Origin: Coleofasciculus chthonoplastes F2-STO-03
GTDB lineage: Bacteria > Cyanobacteriota > Cyanobacteriia > Cyanobacteriales > Coleofasciculaceae
NCBI GenBank assembly: GCA_040222015.1
Contig: JAVJWO010000085.1
Coordinates: forward strand, 1 to 64,000
Direction of reading: 5' to 3'
Length of the DNA stretch: 64,000 nucleotides
Shown: positions 10,833-21,429 of the stretch, one piece after another
How the letters are laid out: each line of letters starts with the position of its first letter
Position numbering within the stretch: position 1 is the stretch's first letter
Translations under genes and position numbers: made by a program
The notes under the pieces: model-generated
What the model saw: the letters and a program-made list of their open reading frames with translations, nothing else
Databases searched by the model: none
What the model was told of the DNA's origin: nothing

Positions 10833-11117
10833 ATGCCAGAGGAAAATTTTTACGTCATCAGTTACGACATTTCCGAAAACAAGCGCCGCACCAAAATCCA
10901 TAAGTGTTTAAAGTCTTATGGCGAATGGAAACAGTTTTCGGTGTTTGAATGTCGCTTAACGGCGACTCAATATCAAAAGCTGCGTCATCGCTTGGATAAA
11001 TTGATTAAACCGACAGAAGATAGTATTTTGTTTTACCGATTGGGACAATGTTGTCAGCGTCATGTTGAGCGGATTGGCTGTGCCGCACCCCGTCAGGATG
11101 ATGTATTTTTGGTTTAA
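10833..11117 (+). CDS. cas2: CRISPR-associated endoribonuclease Cas2
   Basis: YVISYDISENKRRTKI.K.LKSYGEWKQFSVFEC; ATG at 10833 preferred. Confidence 0.95.
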   Translation: MPEENFYVISYDISENKRRTKIHKCLKSYGEWKQFSVFECRLTATQYQKLRHRLDKLIKPTEDSILFYRLGQCCQRHVERIGCAAPRQDDVFLV

Positions 11118-11261
11118 GGGTTAGCTTTTTGTCTTGGCGATTGAAATCGCAGCTAGACAAACAAAGTCCGCCTGCGCGGACTGCACTATTAGCACGAATA
11201 TCACGCTCCTAAAGTCAGTGCGATTCTTATTAGCATTTGTTTCCTTCGATACCAGAATGGC

Positions 11262-11511
11262 TTTGCGAGTCACCTAGGCTCTGGAATTTAGCCGAATCAT
11301 CCCAAAGGCTGAATCCCTTATCTGGTAAGGGTTTACCGTGTTTCTGATTTCAAAAGCGTCTCGCAAAATCTGTAAGGCTTGCTGGGTAAGGGTTTGAGAG
11401 AATGGCGGATTGTTGTTTTTTGGTGGATATGCTGTATAATTGGATATCAGAGGGCGCTGCCTCGCAAGTCGTTGTTAGATTGCACTCTGGGAGCGGGTTT
11501 CGAGGATCGGG
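11262..11511 (+). promoter_or_regulatory. CRISPR leader of array 2
   Basis: Paralogous to 1593-1843 and immediately 5' of the first repeat. Confidence 0.8.
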
Positions 11512-11697
11512 GTTCCAAATACATTAGATCTCCAAAGGAGATTGAAACGTGGTACAACCCATTGCGCTGCGGGAGCATCAGAGTTCCAAATACATTAGAT
11601 CTCCAAAGGAGATTGAAACGTCTGTATTAAAAACTTCGTGCGGACGAAGACCGTAGACGGGTTCCAAATACATTAGATCTCCAAAGGAGATTGAAAC
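11512..11697 (+). CRISPR. CRISPR array 2: 3 repeats, 2 spacers
   Basis: GTTCCAAATACATTAGATCTCCAAAGGAGATTGAAAC at 11512-11548, 11583-11619 and 11661-11697; spacers of 34 and 41 bp. Confidence 0.95.
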
Positions 11698-11707
11698 TGG
11701 TTTGAAC

Positions 11708-11868
11708 GGGCGACCCGAACCAATTGAGTGGAATGGTGTTTTTAATTTAGTAGGACTTACGCTTTCTTTACGGCACAGGCACTACCTGTAGGGGCACGGC
11801 TTTGCCGTGCCCCTACTATATGTGGCGTTTGTGCGTAAGTCCTGTTTAGATCAGCGGGTCGCCCCTAC
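11708..11868. mobile_element. Nested REPIN > MITE > REP
   Basis: Outer GGGCGACCCG...CGGGTCGCCCCTAC; inner TIR AGGACTTACGC...GCGTAAGTCCT (11752-11843); innermost GTAGGGGCACGGC-TTT-GCCGTGCCCCTAC. Confidence 0.7.
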
Positions 11869-11888
11869 AGATAAAAATTGGCCAGGAA

Positions 11889-12890
11889 CTAGAAATCAGG
11901 AAATGTGTAACCGACGCCAAGGATAATCCCAATATCGGTCTGATCTTCGATAAAACCAATATTAATTGATCCGTTGGCGACAAAGGAACGCGACAAGGGT
12001 ACATCCACACCCCCAGTGAGTAAAAATCCGATATTGTTATCGCTATCCGTTGACAAGGCGACACCCCCACCTAAAAACGGGGCGAAACGCACAGGTTCAA
12101 AGGGATCAACACGGGGAATGAGAAAGTCGTAAGTCAAGGGAACCATAAAGAGTGCATCATCGCCAATAATTACACCAGGTCGCAGGGATAGATTACGAGA
12201 CAAACCAATTTTGCCATTGATCACAAAACCAGCATCCCCTAAAGCCGTCTCACCCCCATCGTCAGCATCAGTGACATCATTCTCTTCGGTTAAACCAATG
12301 TTGATACCAATTCCAAAATAGTTAGGAACGCCGAGAGTTCCTCGGCGGATATCAAGGTCGGTTTGAGCGAGAGTCCGGGACTCATTCAACACGATTTCTT
12401 CGTCCTGAGTCGGCTGTAGGGTGAGCGCATCAGCCGATGAGTTCAGGGATTCGGGGACAGATTGAGTGGTGCTCTCCTCTTGACTGATACGCTTTAGGAG
12501 TGAGGCTGGAGAGTCTGCAAGGGTTGGATTAGATGAACTCTGGGCGGTAGCTGAATTGTTGGTGAGTCCTTTACTCCAGGACACCGAGGGAGTCGGTGAT
12601 TCTACCGTAGCCCTGGGTATGGGTGTTACTTCTGGTAATGAAAACCCAGCCGGGAGATTAACTGCATCCTGAGTCAGTGCGGGGTCACCTGTCAGTCGAT
12701 TAACCCAAGCATTGGCGGGTTCAGCCGTCCCCTCGGTGCGTACCTCAGCCGCAATGGATTCTAGGCGAGTCAATGATCCGTCTGGACTAGATACTTGAGC
12801 GTGAACAGATAAGGGATGGTTCCCCATGGTGACTACCCCTAAACCAACGCCGTAAGTAACGGAGCGTAAAAGATTATGTTTCAAGGTCAC
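11889..12890 (-). CDS. Exported protein with a C-terminal outer-membrane beta-barrel-like domain
   Basis: Signal peptide (VHAQ), low-complexity linker, amphipathic strands, C-terminal GVGYTF. Confidence 0.65.
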   Translation of the reverse strand: MTLKHNLLRSVTYGVGLGVVTMGNHPLSVHAQVSSPDGSLTRLESIAAEVRTEGTAEPANAWVNRLTGDPALTQDAVNLPAGFSLPEVTPIPRATVESPTPSVSWSKGLTNNSATAQSSSNPTLADSPASLLKRISQEESTTQSVPESLNSSADALTLQPTQDEEIVLNESRTLAQTDLDIRRGTLGVPNYFGIGINIGLTEENDVTDADDGGETALGDAGFVINGKIGLSRNLSLRPGVIIGDDALFMVPLTYDFLIPRVDPFEPVRFAPFLGGGVALSTDSDNNIGFLLTGGVDVPLSRSFVANGSINIGFIEDQTDIGIILGVGYTFPDF

Positions 12891-12969
12891 TCCTCGACAA
12901 AAGATGTAAAGATTGAAATCAGCAAAACCGATTTGCTTATTATTGTCTAGGATTGCCGTTTCCTAGCCA

Positions 12970-13905
12970 CTAAGTCAATATACTCATTGCTTGTACAACC
13001 TTTTGAGAAATAAACGGGAGAAGGTCTTGATTTTGACTGTGAGTTTTGCTTTCAGTGAATACAACCAGTAGATAAGGTAATATCGACGGGATCTCGATGT
13101 AAGCCGCATCATGTCGCACTTGGGTGGAACAGCCGGATTTAGACCACAACTGAGCCTCTGGCGGAAGACCATCGCCTAAGAATCCGGTAATCTGATGATT
13201 ATTATCGTGGACATCAGCTGAATTTAGGCTGTGTTTCAGCAGACTCATCATCAACTGCGATCGCACGGAAGACACCGCTACGCCACCCACAATACTATGG
13301 AGTAGCCGTGCTGTGGCATTGGTGGTTAGCATATTCCGATTTTCCATCAAGGTTCCCATAAATAGCCGTTCCCGACCATAGGGTCCATCACTCCAGGTTT
13401 TTTGATTGACGTTAATCGATTCTAAATCTTGCCAACCGAGGGATTGAAAGTAACGATTAACGATATTCCGTTGGAGTTTCCATGTTTCAAAGGGACCAGG
13501 GGTTAACTCAGGACCACTGGTTGTCCCACTTAAGACATCGACGACTAAACTTAAGGCATCATGGCTAGCGTCAACCATCATCGCCCGAATTGCCCGTTCC
13601 AGTTCATCGGATTCTCCTACCATAGAGGTTTCTAACCATTCTTGGATAGCTACCAGATAAAATAGGGCAACCAAATCCGCTGGGTAAATTCGCTCAACCC
13701 CCCGATAACTAAAGCCTCGGACAGGATACTTCCAAAACTCATCAGCCGAAAGCGCCCCTCCTGTATTTACAGGGATGGGGGGATCATAGACCATCCAGGT
13801 GAGAGCGATTTGATTGCGAGTGAGTCCAGGAAACTCTAACCAAGCAGCGTCAAGAATCTCTGTGCCAATTTTTTCCAGTTGGTCGTCCTTACGAAAGAAT
13901 GTCAT
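12970..13905 (-). CDS. Serine hydrolase, class A beta-lactamase-like family
   Basis: Typical cyanobacterial family (IYPA.LV.LFYL, WSKSG...VRHDAAYI); the SxxK motif appears degenerate (PADLVALF). Confidence 0.75.
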   Translation of the reverse strand: MTFFRKDDQLEKIGTEILDAAWLEFPGLTRNQIALTWMVYDPPIPVNTGGALSADEFWKYPVRGFSYRGVERIYPADLVALFYLVAIQEWLETSMVGESDELERAIRAMMVDASHDALSLVVDVLSGTTSGPELTPGPFETWKLQRNIVNRYFQSLGWQDLESINVNQKTWSDGPYGRERLFMGTLMENRNMLTTNATARLLHSIVGGVAVSSVRSQLMMSLLKHSLNSADVHDNNHQITGFLGDGLPPEAQLWSKSGCSTQVRHDAAYIEIPSILPYLLVVFTESKTHSQNQDLLPFISQKVVQAMSILT

Positions 13906-13942
13906 AATCAGGTCTCAACGAGTTGTGTCAACTCTTGCCAAT

Positions 13943-14662
13943 ATGGTTGTATTCCAAGAATTATCTGAATTAAAACATGGTGAGTACCGTTGCCGTGTTA
14001 ATTTAAATCTTTATGATTCTCCCGCTTGTGCTAGTTTAGCGACTCAAGCGGCGGCTGGACGCCATTTACAACCCCTGTTATCGACAGTGAGGGATCAAGC
14101 TGTAGAGGTTCAGTTATGTGAGGATGGATATAAGGCTTGGTTACGAGTTGAGGACATCAGTCAACTGGAAATCGCATCTCAACCCTATCACGCGATCGCC
14201 TTTGGCGCTGAGCTTCGCTCAATCGCACTCTCCCGTCCTCAAATCCAAGAACGACTCCCAGAGGTGATTGCATTTACCAAAAAAGCGATGCAGCAGCCGA
14301 ATTATTACCTTTGGGGAGGGACAGTAGGACCCAATTATGATTGTTCCGGATTGATGCAAGCAGCGTTTGCGGCGTCGGGAATTTGGTTACCGAGAGATTC
14401 TTATCAGCAGCAGGCGTTTACTGAATCAATTCCTTTGGCGGAAGCGCAAGCGGGGGATCTGGTTTTCTTTGGCACACCTGAGACGATTAATCATGTAGGT
14501 CTTTATTTGGGTGATGGCTATTATATTCACAGTTCGGGGAAAGAACAAGGTCGGAATGGGATTGGCATTGATCAGCTTTCCGAGCAAGGGGATAACGTTA
14601 GTCAAACCTATTATCAGCAGTTTAGGGGAGTAGGACGAGTTATTGCTAGTTATTGCCCCTGA
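13943..14662 (+). CDS. NlpC/P60 (C40) peptidase
   Basis: YLWGG..GPNYDCSGL, LPRDS.QQ, GDLVFF, HVGLYLGDG.YIHSS. Confidence 0.9.
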   Translation: MVVFQELSELKHGEYRCRVNLNLYDSPACASLATQAAAGRHLQPLLSTVRDQAVEVQLCEDGYKAWLRVEDISQLEIASQPYHAIAFGAELRSIALSRPQIQERLPEVIAFTKKAMQQPNYYLWGGTVGPNYDCSGLMQAAFAASGIWLPRDSYQQQAFTESIPLAEAQAGDLVFFGTPETINHVGLYLGDGYYIHSSGKEQGRNGIGIDQLSEQGDNVSQTYYQQFRGVGRVIASYCP

Positions 14663-14764
14663 TATAATTATTTTTTTAACGTTCCCTGTCCGTAGTAAGC
14701 ACGCTTCGTGCTTATCAATAAAGTAAAGTATTAAGGCACGCTTCGTGCCTACTACAAACAACGA

Positions 14765-15499
14765 CTAACTCAATTCCCAATCTAGACAAAATTCTCCCGG
14801 ACGTCCCCAGGGATAAACAGCACAGTTAATTCCATCTTTGCCATGATAATACTGACAAACCTTACATGGTTGAGACTGTTCTAATTTTTCCCGTAAACTA
14901 CTCCACTTTTTCTCAACCGTTAAGCGATAATGATTGGCTCGTAAGTGATCAGGTTCAATTGTCAAAGCTTTTTCAAAAGCTGCCAACGCCTTTTCATAGA
15001 GTTTAATCATTTGGGAACCATACTCAGTCCAAGGTTGGACGCGGCATTCATAGAGTTGAATAATCTTGAAAATAAGAATACCATAATCTGTCCAGGTATC
15101 AGCCGAAGCCATTTGCGGTTCTTTTTTCGTATCCAGTAACACTCGTTTCAGAGTATCTAGCAATTCTCTCGGTTGCCAAGGTTTACCGACATAAGCCTCA
15201 GCGTGTTTAATACCGTAGGAAAGGGCTAAACGCTGTCCTTTTCCAGTTAAAAGAACCACTGGAATATTTTGGGTGTGGGGATTTGCCTTAATTAGGCGAC
15301 AAACTCTGTAGCCATCAATCCGGGGAATCAGCAGATCCAATAGCACTAAATCGGGAGAATTGATCTGAATTTGCTGGAGTGCTTCTACACCATCACGGGC
15401 TTGAATGACATTCCACCCACTCCACGTTAACTGCTGAGAAACGCATTCCCGCTGGCTGAGAGAATCTTCGACAACTAAAACAGTATTCATTGATAACAA
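14765..15499 (-). CDS. Response regulator (REC) with a TPR-like segment and Cys-rich C-terminus
   Basis: VLVVEDS, PDLVLLD..IP.IDG, LLTGK; then YEKALAAFEKALTIEP; then CKVC...CAVYPWG...C. Confidence 0.75.
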   Translation of the reverse strand: MLSMNTVLVVEDSLSQRECVSQQLTWSGWNVIQARDGVEALQQIQINSPDLVLLDLLIPRIDGYRVCRLIKANPHTQNIPVVLLTGKGQRLALSYGIKHAEAYVGKPWQPRELLDTLKRVLLDTKKEPQMASADTWTDYGILIFKIIQLYECRVQPWTEYGSQMIKLYEKALAAFEKALTIEPDHLRANHYRLTVEKKWSSLREKLEQSQPCKVCQYYHGKDGINCAVYPWGRPGEFCLDWELS

Positions 15500-15853
15500 C
15501 CTGCTGACTGGAGGGAAGCTTTCGTGCGACTAGCGCAGAGTTAGATTAAGTGTACCCATTTCTCCCATGTTTCTGATCACCCCTGATAGAATTGCCGTTT
15601 CAGCCAAGATACAGAAAAAACAAATTGACTCGTAGGGGCGGGTTTTACCGTTACCTGTTGCCAGAAACCCCTCAATTCAATAAACCCGCCCTGACCCCAA
15701 GTTTGTTGGTCAAGTTCGGTGAACTCTTTTACCCAGGCTTGGTCTTTGGCTAAAGCCCCTACTACGAGCAGAATTTTCCTTATCGGCTCACCAACCCAGA
15801 GCGATCGCGTAAAATGTTTAAAATGTTAAAGACCGTTTGTTATACCAGCTAGG

Positions 15854-16477
15854 ATGGCTCAAGACTGGGTAAAACAGAAGACTAGGACGAATAAAGAGCT
15901 ACAATCCATAACCTATTATGGGATTCTGGGGGTACACCCTAGCGCATCTGCTCTAGATATCCGTCGTGCCTATCGGGAACTGAGTAAACGTTACCATCCC
16001 GATACCACCGACTTACCAAAGGAAACGGCAAAGACGAAGTTCCAACAGCTTAATGAAGCCTACGCGACTCTGAGTAATCCAGAACGGCGAATCCTGTATG
16101 ATCAAACTATTCGCTATTCTCGTGTCAACGTCATTCAACCTCCACCCGGATTGAACCGTCCCGTTGTGCGATCGCGAGTTGATCATTCATCCTCAGCTTA
16201 CCTTGACCCCACAGATCGTCCCCTCTCCCCTGGCGAGTTATTTGCCCTATTTATTTTGGGGATAACTTTCGTGGGATGCTTGGTACTGGCAATTGTGATT
16301 GGCTTAACCCGAGGAGACAATGCCTTTCAAGTTTCTGGGATATCTCTATCTAGTCGAGTCACCACGCCACCCCTAAGTCAACTACAGCGAATCCCTCGAT
16401 ATCCCCCTTCTAACCAACTTTTCTCCCCATCTAATCCACCATCAATCCCTGTTTTTGTTCCATCCCTCAATCTATGA
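15854..16477 (+). CDS. DnaJ-domain membrane protein
   Basis: YYGILGV...AYRELSKRYHPD J-domain; single TM helix. Confidence 0.9.
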   Translation: MAQDWVKQKTRTNKELQSITYYGILGVHPSASALDIRRAYRELSKRYHPDTTDLPKETAKTKFQQLNEAYATLSNPERRILYDQTIRYSRVNVIQPPPGLNRPVVRSRVDHSSSAYLDPTDRPLSPGELFALFILGITFVGCLVLAIVIGLTRGDNAFQVSGISLSSRVTTPPLSQLQRIPRYPPSNQLFSPSNPPSIPVFVPSLNL

Positions 16478-16758
16478 AGACTTCTATGGTACTTCCTTCA
16501 TCTGACACTCCTCTCTATAACCATCCCCTTCCTGAAATCGAAAAATGGCTCCGTTCTCAAGGATGTCAACAAGATAGCAACGAACTCAATTGCTGGCACC
16601 TGGAAAAACCAACTTGGACAGCCGAACTCTGTCTGGAAGTTGAGGAATTAGCTGTGCGTTACATTAATGCAGCGGAAGGACAACGTGACATTATGCGTTC
16701 TTTCAAGTATTCCCTCAGTCGCGAAGATGTAGAAGCAGCAGTTTTCTCTGGTCCTTAA
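16474..16758 (+). CDS. DUF3143 family protein
   Basis: TPLYNHPLPEIE.WL...GC...RSFKYSLSREDVEAAVFSGP. Confidence 0.85.
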   Translation: MKTSMVLPSSDTPLYNHPLPEIEKWLRSQGCQQDSNELNCWHLEKPTWTAELCLEVEELAVRYINAAEGQRDIMRSFKYSLSREDVEAAVFSGP

Positions 16759-16892
16759 GAGAATACAAGTGCTGTCTCAAAAATCCTGCGCGACTGGGTG
16801 AGCATCCTCTTCACCCACTAGCTTCTAATCGCCATTAGTCTCTTATTTGGAGCTAATTATTTTTCTATCCAAACTATTTTTTTGTTGCCAAC

Positions 16893-17264
16893 TCAAAAAA
16901 CTAATGAAATAGTGTGTTGGCTGGAGCTGATTGATATATAGATACAATATTTATAGTCGAACAGCGCAAATAGCATACACAAAGGTGTGAATTGTGGTGG
17001 ATAAGCCAGAGCCAAATTGCTCCCTTTGCCTGTCAACTCCTGAAATGCACTTGAAAATATTTCAAGATCATAAGGGTTTTGACCATTCAATAAGAGTTGA
17101 CCCGCCGTGTAAAACCAACGGAAATCTGAAAGTCTTGTCCCTGTTCCACGTCCTACACCCAATACACCGAATGCATATAGTGCAGCTATGGAAACAATCA
17201 AAACTGTTATGCCAAACAGTTGCTCAAATTTCTGTTTTTTTTCACTATTTGAAAATTCAAACAT
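16893..17264 (-). pseudogene. Truncated GT87-like membrane glycosyltransferase
   Basis: DF..FY.AG..LLNGQNPY...AYPP N-terminal motif, stopping after 123 aa; AT-rich. Confidence 0.6.
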
Positions 17265-17406
17265 AATTTACAAATTTAAAACATTGTTCAATTCTATCTT
17301 GGAAATTGATAAATTTCTCACAATTATTGTCTTCAGGTATTTCCCGATGAGGTTCGCTTAAAATCATTAGTTTCAAGGCTTGAGTTCTGAACTCAAAACT
17401 CAACAC

Positions 17407-18147
17407 TCAAACCTTTCCAAACCGTCGCTCTCGTTTCTGATAAGCAATTAAAGCTTGATGAAACGCTTCGCGGTCAAAATCGGGCCAAAAAGCGTCCGTA
17501 ATATAAAATTCAGCATAAGCCATTTGCCAGAGGAGAAAATTGGACAAACGCATCTCTCCACTGGTGCGGATTAGCAAATCAGGATCACCGATATTGGCAG
17601 TATAAAGATGGCGAGAAAACAGCGCTTCGTCAATATCATCCGGTTGAAGCTGACCGTGTTGAACCTGGGTGGCAATTGCCCGACAAGCCTGTAAAATCTC
17701 TTCCCGTCCACCGTAATTGGTGGCAACGGTAAATTGAATCCCGGTATTATTTTGGGTTTGAGTCATTGCCCGTTCAATCTGGTTTTGCAGGGATTGCGGT
17801 AATGCCGTTAAATTCCCCACAAACTGAATGCGTACATTCTCCTCCATCATCTCTTGGAGTTCTCGCATTAACACCCGCTCAAACAGCGTCATCAAAAACT
17901 CAACTTCTTCGATAGGACGCCCCCAGTTTTCCGTCGAAAAAGCATAAGCGGTCAGGGCTTGGATACCCCAATCATCACAACAGCGCAACAACTGTTTTAA
18001 TGTGTCTACGCCTCGGCGATGACCCATAATCCGAGGAATGCCTCGACGTTTTGCCCAACGACCATTGCCATCCATAATCACCGCCACATGTTTGGGTAGA
18101 CGTTCCTGGTCGAGATCGCTTGGTAATTCTTTTAGTATCGTTTGCAT
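17407..18147 (-). CDS. uppS: Undecaprenyl diphosphate synthase
   Basis: [47 protein letters not shown]. Confidence 0.97.
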   Translation of the reverse strand: MQTILKELPSDLDQERLPKHVAVIMDGNGRWAKRRGIPRIMGHRRGVDTLKQLLRCCDDWGIQALTAYAFSTENWGRPIEEVEFLMTLFERVLMRELQEMMEENVRIQFVGNLTALPQSLQNQIERAMTQTQNNTGIQFTVATNYGGREEILQACRAIATQVQHGQLQPDDIDEALFSRHLYTANIGDPDLLIRTSGEMRLSNFLLWQMAYAEFYITDAFWPDFDREAFHQALIAYQKRERRFGKV

Positions 18148-18166
18148 AATAGTTGTATAATAATAA

Positions 18167-19090
18167 TCATTTCTTTTTGCGGGACGTGGATGACGGCAGA
18201 CGAAATAAACGCGAAATGAGTAGCCGTCCTTGAGACTTGACTTGGCGACCTAAACTGAGTAAACCGGGGGCAACTGCCTCACGGTCAACCGCCGTTGAAA
18301 ATCGAGCCTCTAACAGTTCTTTGAGTTTACTACTGGTTAAGGGTCGGTTGAGTCCGCCGCGTTCTGCTAATGAGATAGAACCCGTTTCTTCGGATACAAC
18401 AATACAAAGGCAATTTTCGACTCGCTCAGTAATTCCCATAGCGGCTCGATGGCGCGTGCCAAGTTGTCGTGAAGCCGTTCGCTCTGACAGAGGTAAAATC
18501 ACGCCCGCTGCTGCTACGCGAGACCCCCGAATTAATACTGCCCCATCATGGAGTAATGTGGTCGTCTGGAAAATGGTTTGCAGCAGTTCTTTAGACAGTT
18601 CAGCATTTAACTGTACCCCTGGTACAGAAAAATCTCGCTCGTCAATGGTGCCATTGGTCTCCATAATTATCAATGCGCCAATCCGATTTTGGGATAATTC
18701 TTTAACCGCATCGACAATTTCATCTGTAACGCTATCTGCTTTAGGGATAGGGCGGCGTTGGGATTGAAACAACTGTCGAATTTCTCCCCGCCCGACTTGT
18801 TCGAGAAAACGGCGAAATTCTGACTGAAAGATTACAGCCATTGCCACAGCCGAACCAACCACCAATTTTTCTAACACAAAACTCAACAGGGTCAATCCTA
18901 GTCGATTACTGACCGCTGCCGCTAGCATCAAGACGATTAGCCCTCGAACCATCCACAAGGTACGACGCTCCCCGATAATGAGGAGAACCATATAGGTGAG
19001 GGCTAGAACCAATCCGACATCAACGCTGTCCAGCAATAAGGATTGAACCCAGCCAGAGTCAGGAAAAGAACCCGACGACGACGCAGGCAT
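18167..19090 (-). CDS. cdaA: Diadenylate cyclase
   Basis: Three N-terminal TM helices; LHDGA and GTRHRAA motifs. Confidence 0.95.
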   Translation of the reverse strand: MPASSSGSFPDSGWVQSLLLDSVDVGLVLALTYMVLLIIGERRTLWMVRGLIVLMLAAAVSNRLGLTLLSFVLEKLVVGSAVAMAVIFQSEFRRFLEQVGRGEIRQLFQSQRRPIPKADSVTDEIVDAVKELSQNRIGALIIMETNGTIDERDFSVPGVQLNAELSKELLQTIFQTTTLLHDGAVLIRGSRVAAAGVILPLSERTASRQLGTRHRAAMGITERVENCLCIVVSEETGSISLAERGGLNRPLTSSKLKELLEARFSTAVDREAVAPGLLSLGRQVKSQGRLLISRLFRLPSSTSRKKK

Positions 19091-19305
19091 TGAACTTAAT
19101 TAAACGTTTAGCAACTGAGAGCTTGACTCTGGCTTGATTGTAACGAGATTAGGCGGGGAGTTGTCATTTGTCCTTTGTCATTCGTCATTGGTTATTTGCT
19201 CCCCCATCTTCCCCATCTTCCTCATCTCCCCCAGCTTCCCCAGCTCCCCCAGCTTCCCCAGCTCCCAGACGCGCCATGGCGCGTCTCTACATTGCTCCTT
19301 CATCC

Positions 19306-20715
19306 CTAATTCTGGGATACAAGTCGTTTCGGTAAATGATCAAACCGGATCAAGTCTTGATAGGTTTCTCGCTGCACAATTAATTCAGCCTTTCCATCCT
19401 TAACTAACACCGCTGCAGGTCGAGGTACACGATTATAGTTAGACGCCATGCTGTAATTGTATGCCCCAGTTCCCATAATCACGAGCAGATCCCCAGGTTG
19501 GGTTTCGGGTAATTGGGCATCTTTGAGTAAAATATCCCCGGATTCGCAATGTTTACCCGCAATCGTGACGGTTTCAGTTATCGGTGCTGACATACGATTG
19601 GCAACGACTGGACGATAGACTGATTGATAAGTAATCGGACGTGGATTATCAGACATTCCCCCATCAACCGCCAGATAGGTTCGCGTTTGCGGGATCTCCT
19701 TACGGCTGCCGATGGTATACGCCGTCACACAAGCGGGTCCAATAATCGATCGCCCGGGTTCGGATAATAACCGAGGTTTGGGCAATTGCTGCTGGTTACA
19801 GGCATTAACCACGGCTTCACAAACGCCCTTCACCCAAGCGTCAATCGTGGGGGGATCATCGTCTTCGGTATAGCGGATTCCCAAACCGCCACCGACATTG
19901 AGTTCTTGAATGGATAGATTGAACTCAGAGGCTTTCTGGAGATAATCAACCAAAACCGCCCCGAGATCTTTGTGCGGTTGACTCTCAAAAATCTGTGACC
20001 CAATGTGAGCGTGTAAACCAATACAGTCGAGGATAGGATTTTGGCTAATGAAGGCAAAAACCTGATCTAGACTGTGGGGATCAAAACCAAATTTGCTATC
20101 CAGATGACCCGTGCGAATATATTCATGGGTGTGACACTCGATCCCAGGTGTGATCCGAATCATGATCCGAACCTTGGTATTCTGAGATGTTTTTTGTGCC
20201 AAATCTGCTAGAGTTTTTAGCTCTAACCGATTATCAACAACAATCGTGCAATGGCTTTCGATCGCGAGCTGGAGTTCAGCGATAGACTTGTTATTGCCAT
20301 GGAAATACAGCTTATCGGCTTTGACCCCAGCTTCTAATGCCGTGTAGAGTTCGCCTCCGGATACGATATCAACACCCAAACCTTCCGATGCCGCGATCGC
20401 ACAAACCGCTAAACAATTCCAGGCTTTTGAAGCATACAGCACTAAGGTATCTCCGGGATAGTAACGGGCAAAGGCATCCCGATACTGACGGCAAGCCGTT
20501 CTTACTGTGATTTCATCTAAAATATAGAGGGGAGAACCAAATTGCTCGACTAAATCTTTGACATCACACCCCCCAATTTCTAGGCAGTCTTGGCTGTTAA
20601 CAGTGGCTGTAAGCGGCAACAGTTCCTGATTCGGGGAGCGAGTATCGAGATTAGAGTTCGCGGAAAGATATCGTTGTCCAGAGTTTTGCACCTGAGTGGA
20701 GTCAGTCAATAGCAT
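19306..20715 (-). CDS. lysA: Diaminopimelate decarboxylase
   Basis: YASKA, HIGSQ, GGGLG, EPGRS, CESGD and GAY.YSMASNYN motifs; ATG at 20715 preferred. Confidence 0.95.
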   Translation of the reverse strand: MLLTDSTQVQNSGQRYLSANSNLDTRSPNQELLPLTATVNSQDCLEIGGCDVKDLVEQFGSPLYILDEITVRTACRQYRDAFARYYPGDTLVLYASKAWNCLAVCAIAASEGLGVDIVSGGELYTALEAGVKADKLYFHGNNKSIAELQLAIESHCTIVVDNRLELKTLADLAQKTSQNTKVRIMIRITPGIECHTHEYIRTGHLDSKFGFDPHSLDQVFAFISQNPILDCIGLHAHIGSQIFESQPHKDLGAVLVDYLQKASEFNLSIQELNVGGGLGIRYTEDDDPPTIDAWVKGVCEAVVNACNQQQLPKPRLLSEPGRSIIGPACVTAYTIGSRKEIPQTRTYLAVDGGMSDNPRPITYQSVYRPVVANRMSAPITETVTIAGKHCESGDILLKDAQLPETQPGDLLVIMGTGAYNYSMASNYNRVPRPAAVLVKDGKAELIVQRETYQDLIRFDHLPKRLVSQN

Positions 20716-20784
20716 AATATCGTGATTATCTTGGCGATGGATATGGGCAGGTACACCAAAAGCGTCCGTTAGTTTAGTGTACAA

Positions 20785-21429
20785 TTGAGTGATGTGACTG
20801 TCTTAGAGATCAAGCAGCTAACCACAGCACAACTGAATGCGGCTGTTGATTTGGATCAAGTATGTTTTGGCGGACTGTGGACGCGATCGGGCTACGAACG
20901 AGAGTTAAATAGCCCAAATAGTCAATTATTGGTTTTAGAAGCAAAGAACAGCTTAAATCAGCAACCATTCGGTTGCAATTCAGCCGTTGTTATGCCCCAA
21001 AATCCACTGGGGGAAGATTTACCCACGCATCCCCCTTTACCGAACGGTTTAGTGGGTTTAGGTTGTTACTGGTCAATTCTGGAGGAAGCGCATATTACGA
21101 TTTTGGCGGTGCATCCAAACTACCAACATCAGGGACTGGGGCAATTTTTACTGCATGCCTTACTCAAGGACGCTAAACAACGTCACTTGGAGTGGGCAAC
21201 CTTAGAGGTTAAACCCTCGAATCACGCCGCCCTGTCTCTTTACCAAAAGTTTGATTTTATTCCAGCGGGACGACGCCGAAGATATTACCAAGATACGGGT
21301 GAAGATGCCCTCATTCTGTGGCGAAAGGGGTTACAACAGCCGCAATTTGAGCAAACCCTGCAAGAGCGCTATGAGCAAATTGTATCCCGCTTAACCCGTC
21401 AGGGTTGGCAACTATTTAGTTATCTGTGA
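20785..21429 (+). CDS. rimI: Ribosomal-protein-alanine N-acetyltransferase
   Basis: EAHITILAVHP.YQ.QGLG, ATLEV..SN..A..LY.KF, RRRYY..TGEDA. Confidence 0.88.
   Translation: MSDVTVLEIKQLTTAQLNAAVDLDQVCFGGLWTRSGYERELNSPNSQLLVLEAKNSLNQQPFGCNSAVVMPQNPLGEDLPTHPPLPNGLVGLGCYWSILEEAHITILAVHPNYQHQGLGQFLLHALLKDAKQRHLEWATLEVKPSNHAALSLYQKFDFIPAGRRRRYYQDTGEDALILWRKGLQQPQFEQTLQERYEQIVSRLTRQGWQLFSYL

Noticed and set aside
13814..13942. Long N-terminus of the NlpC/P60 ORF
   Set aside because: It overlaps the divergent gene; ATG 13943 is more plausible
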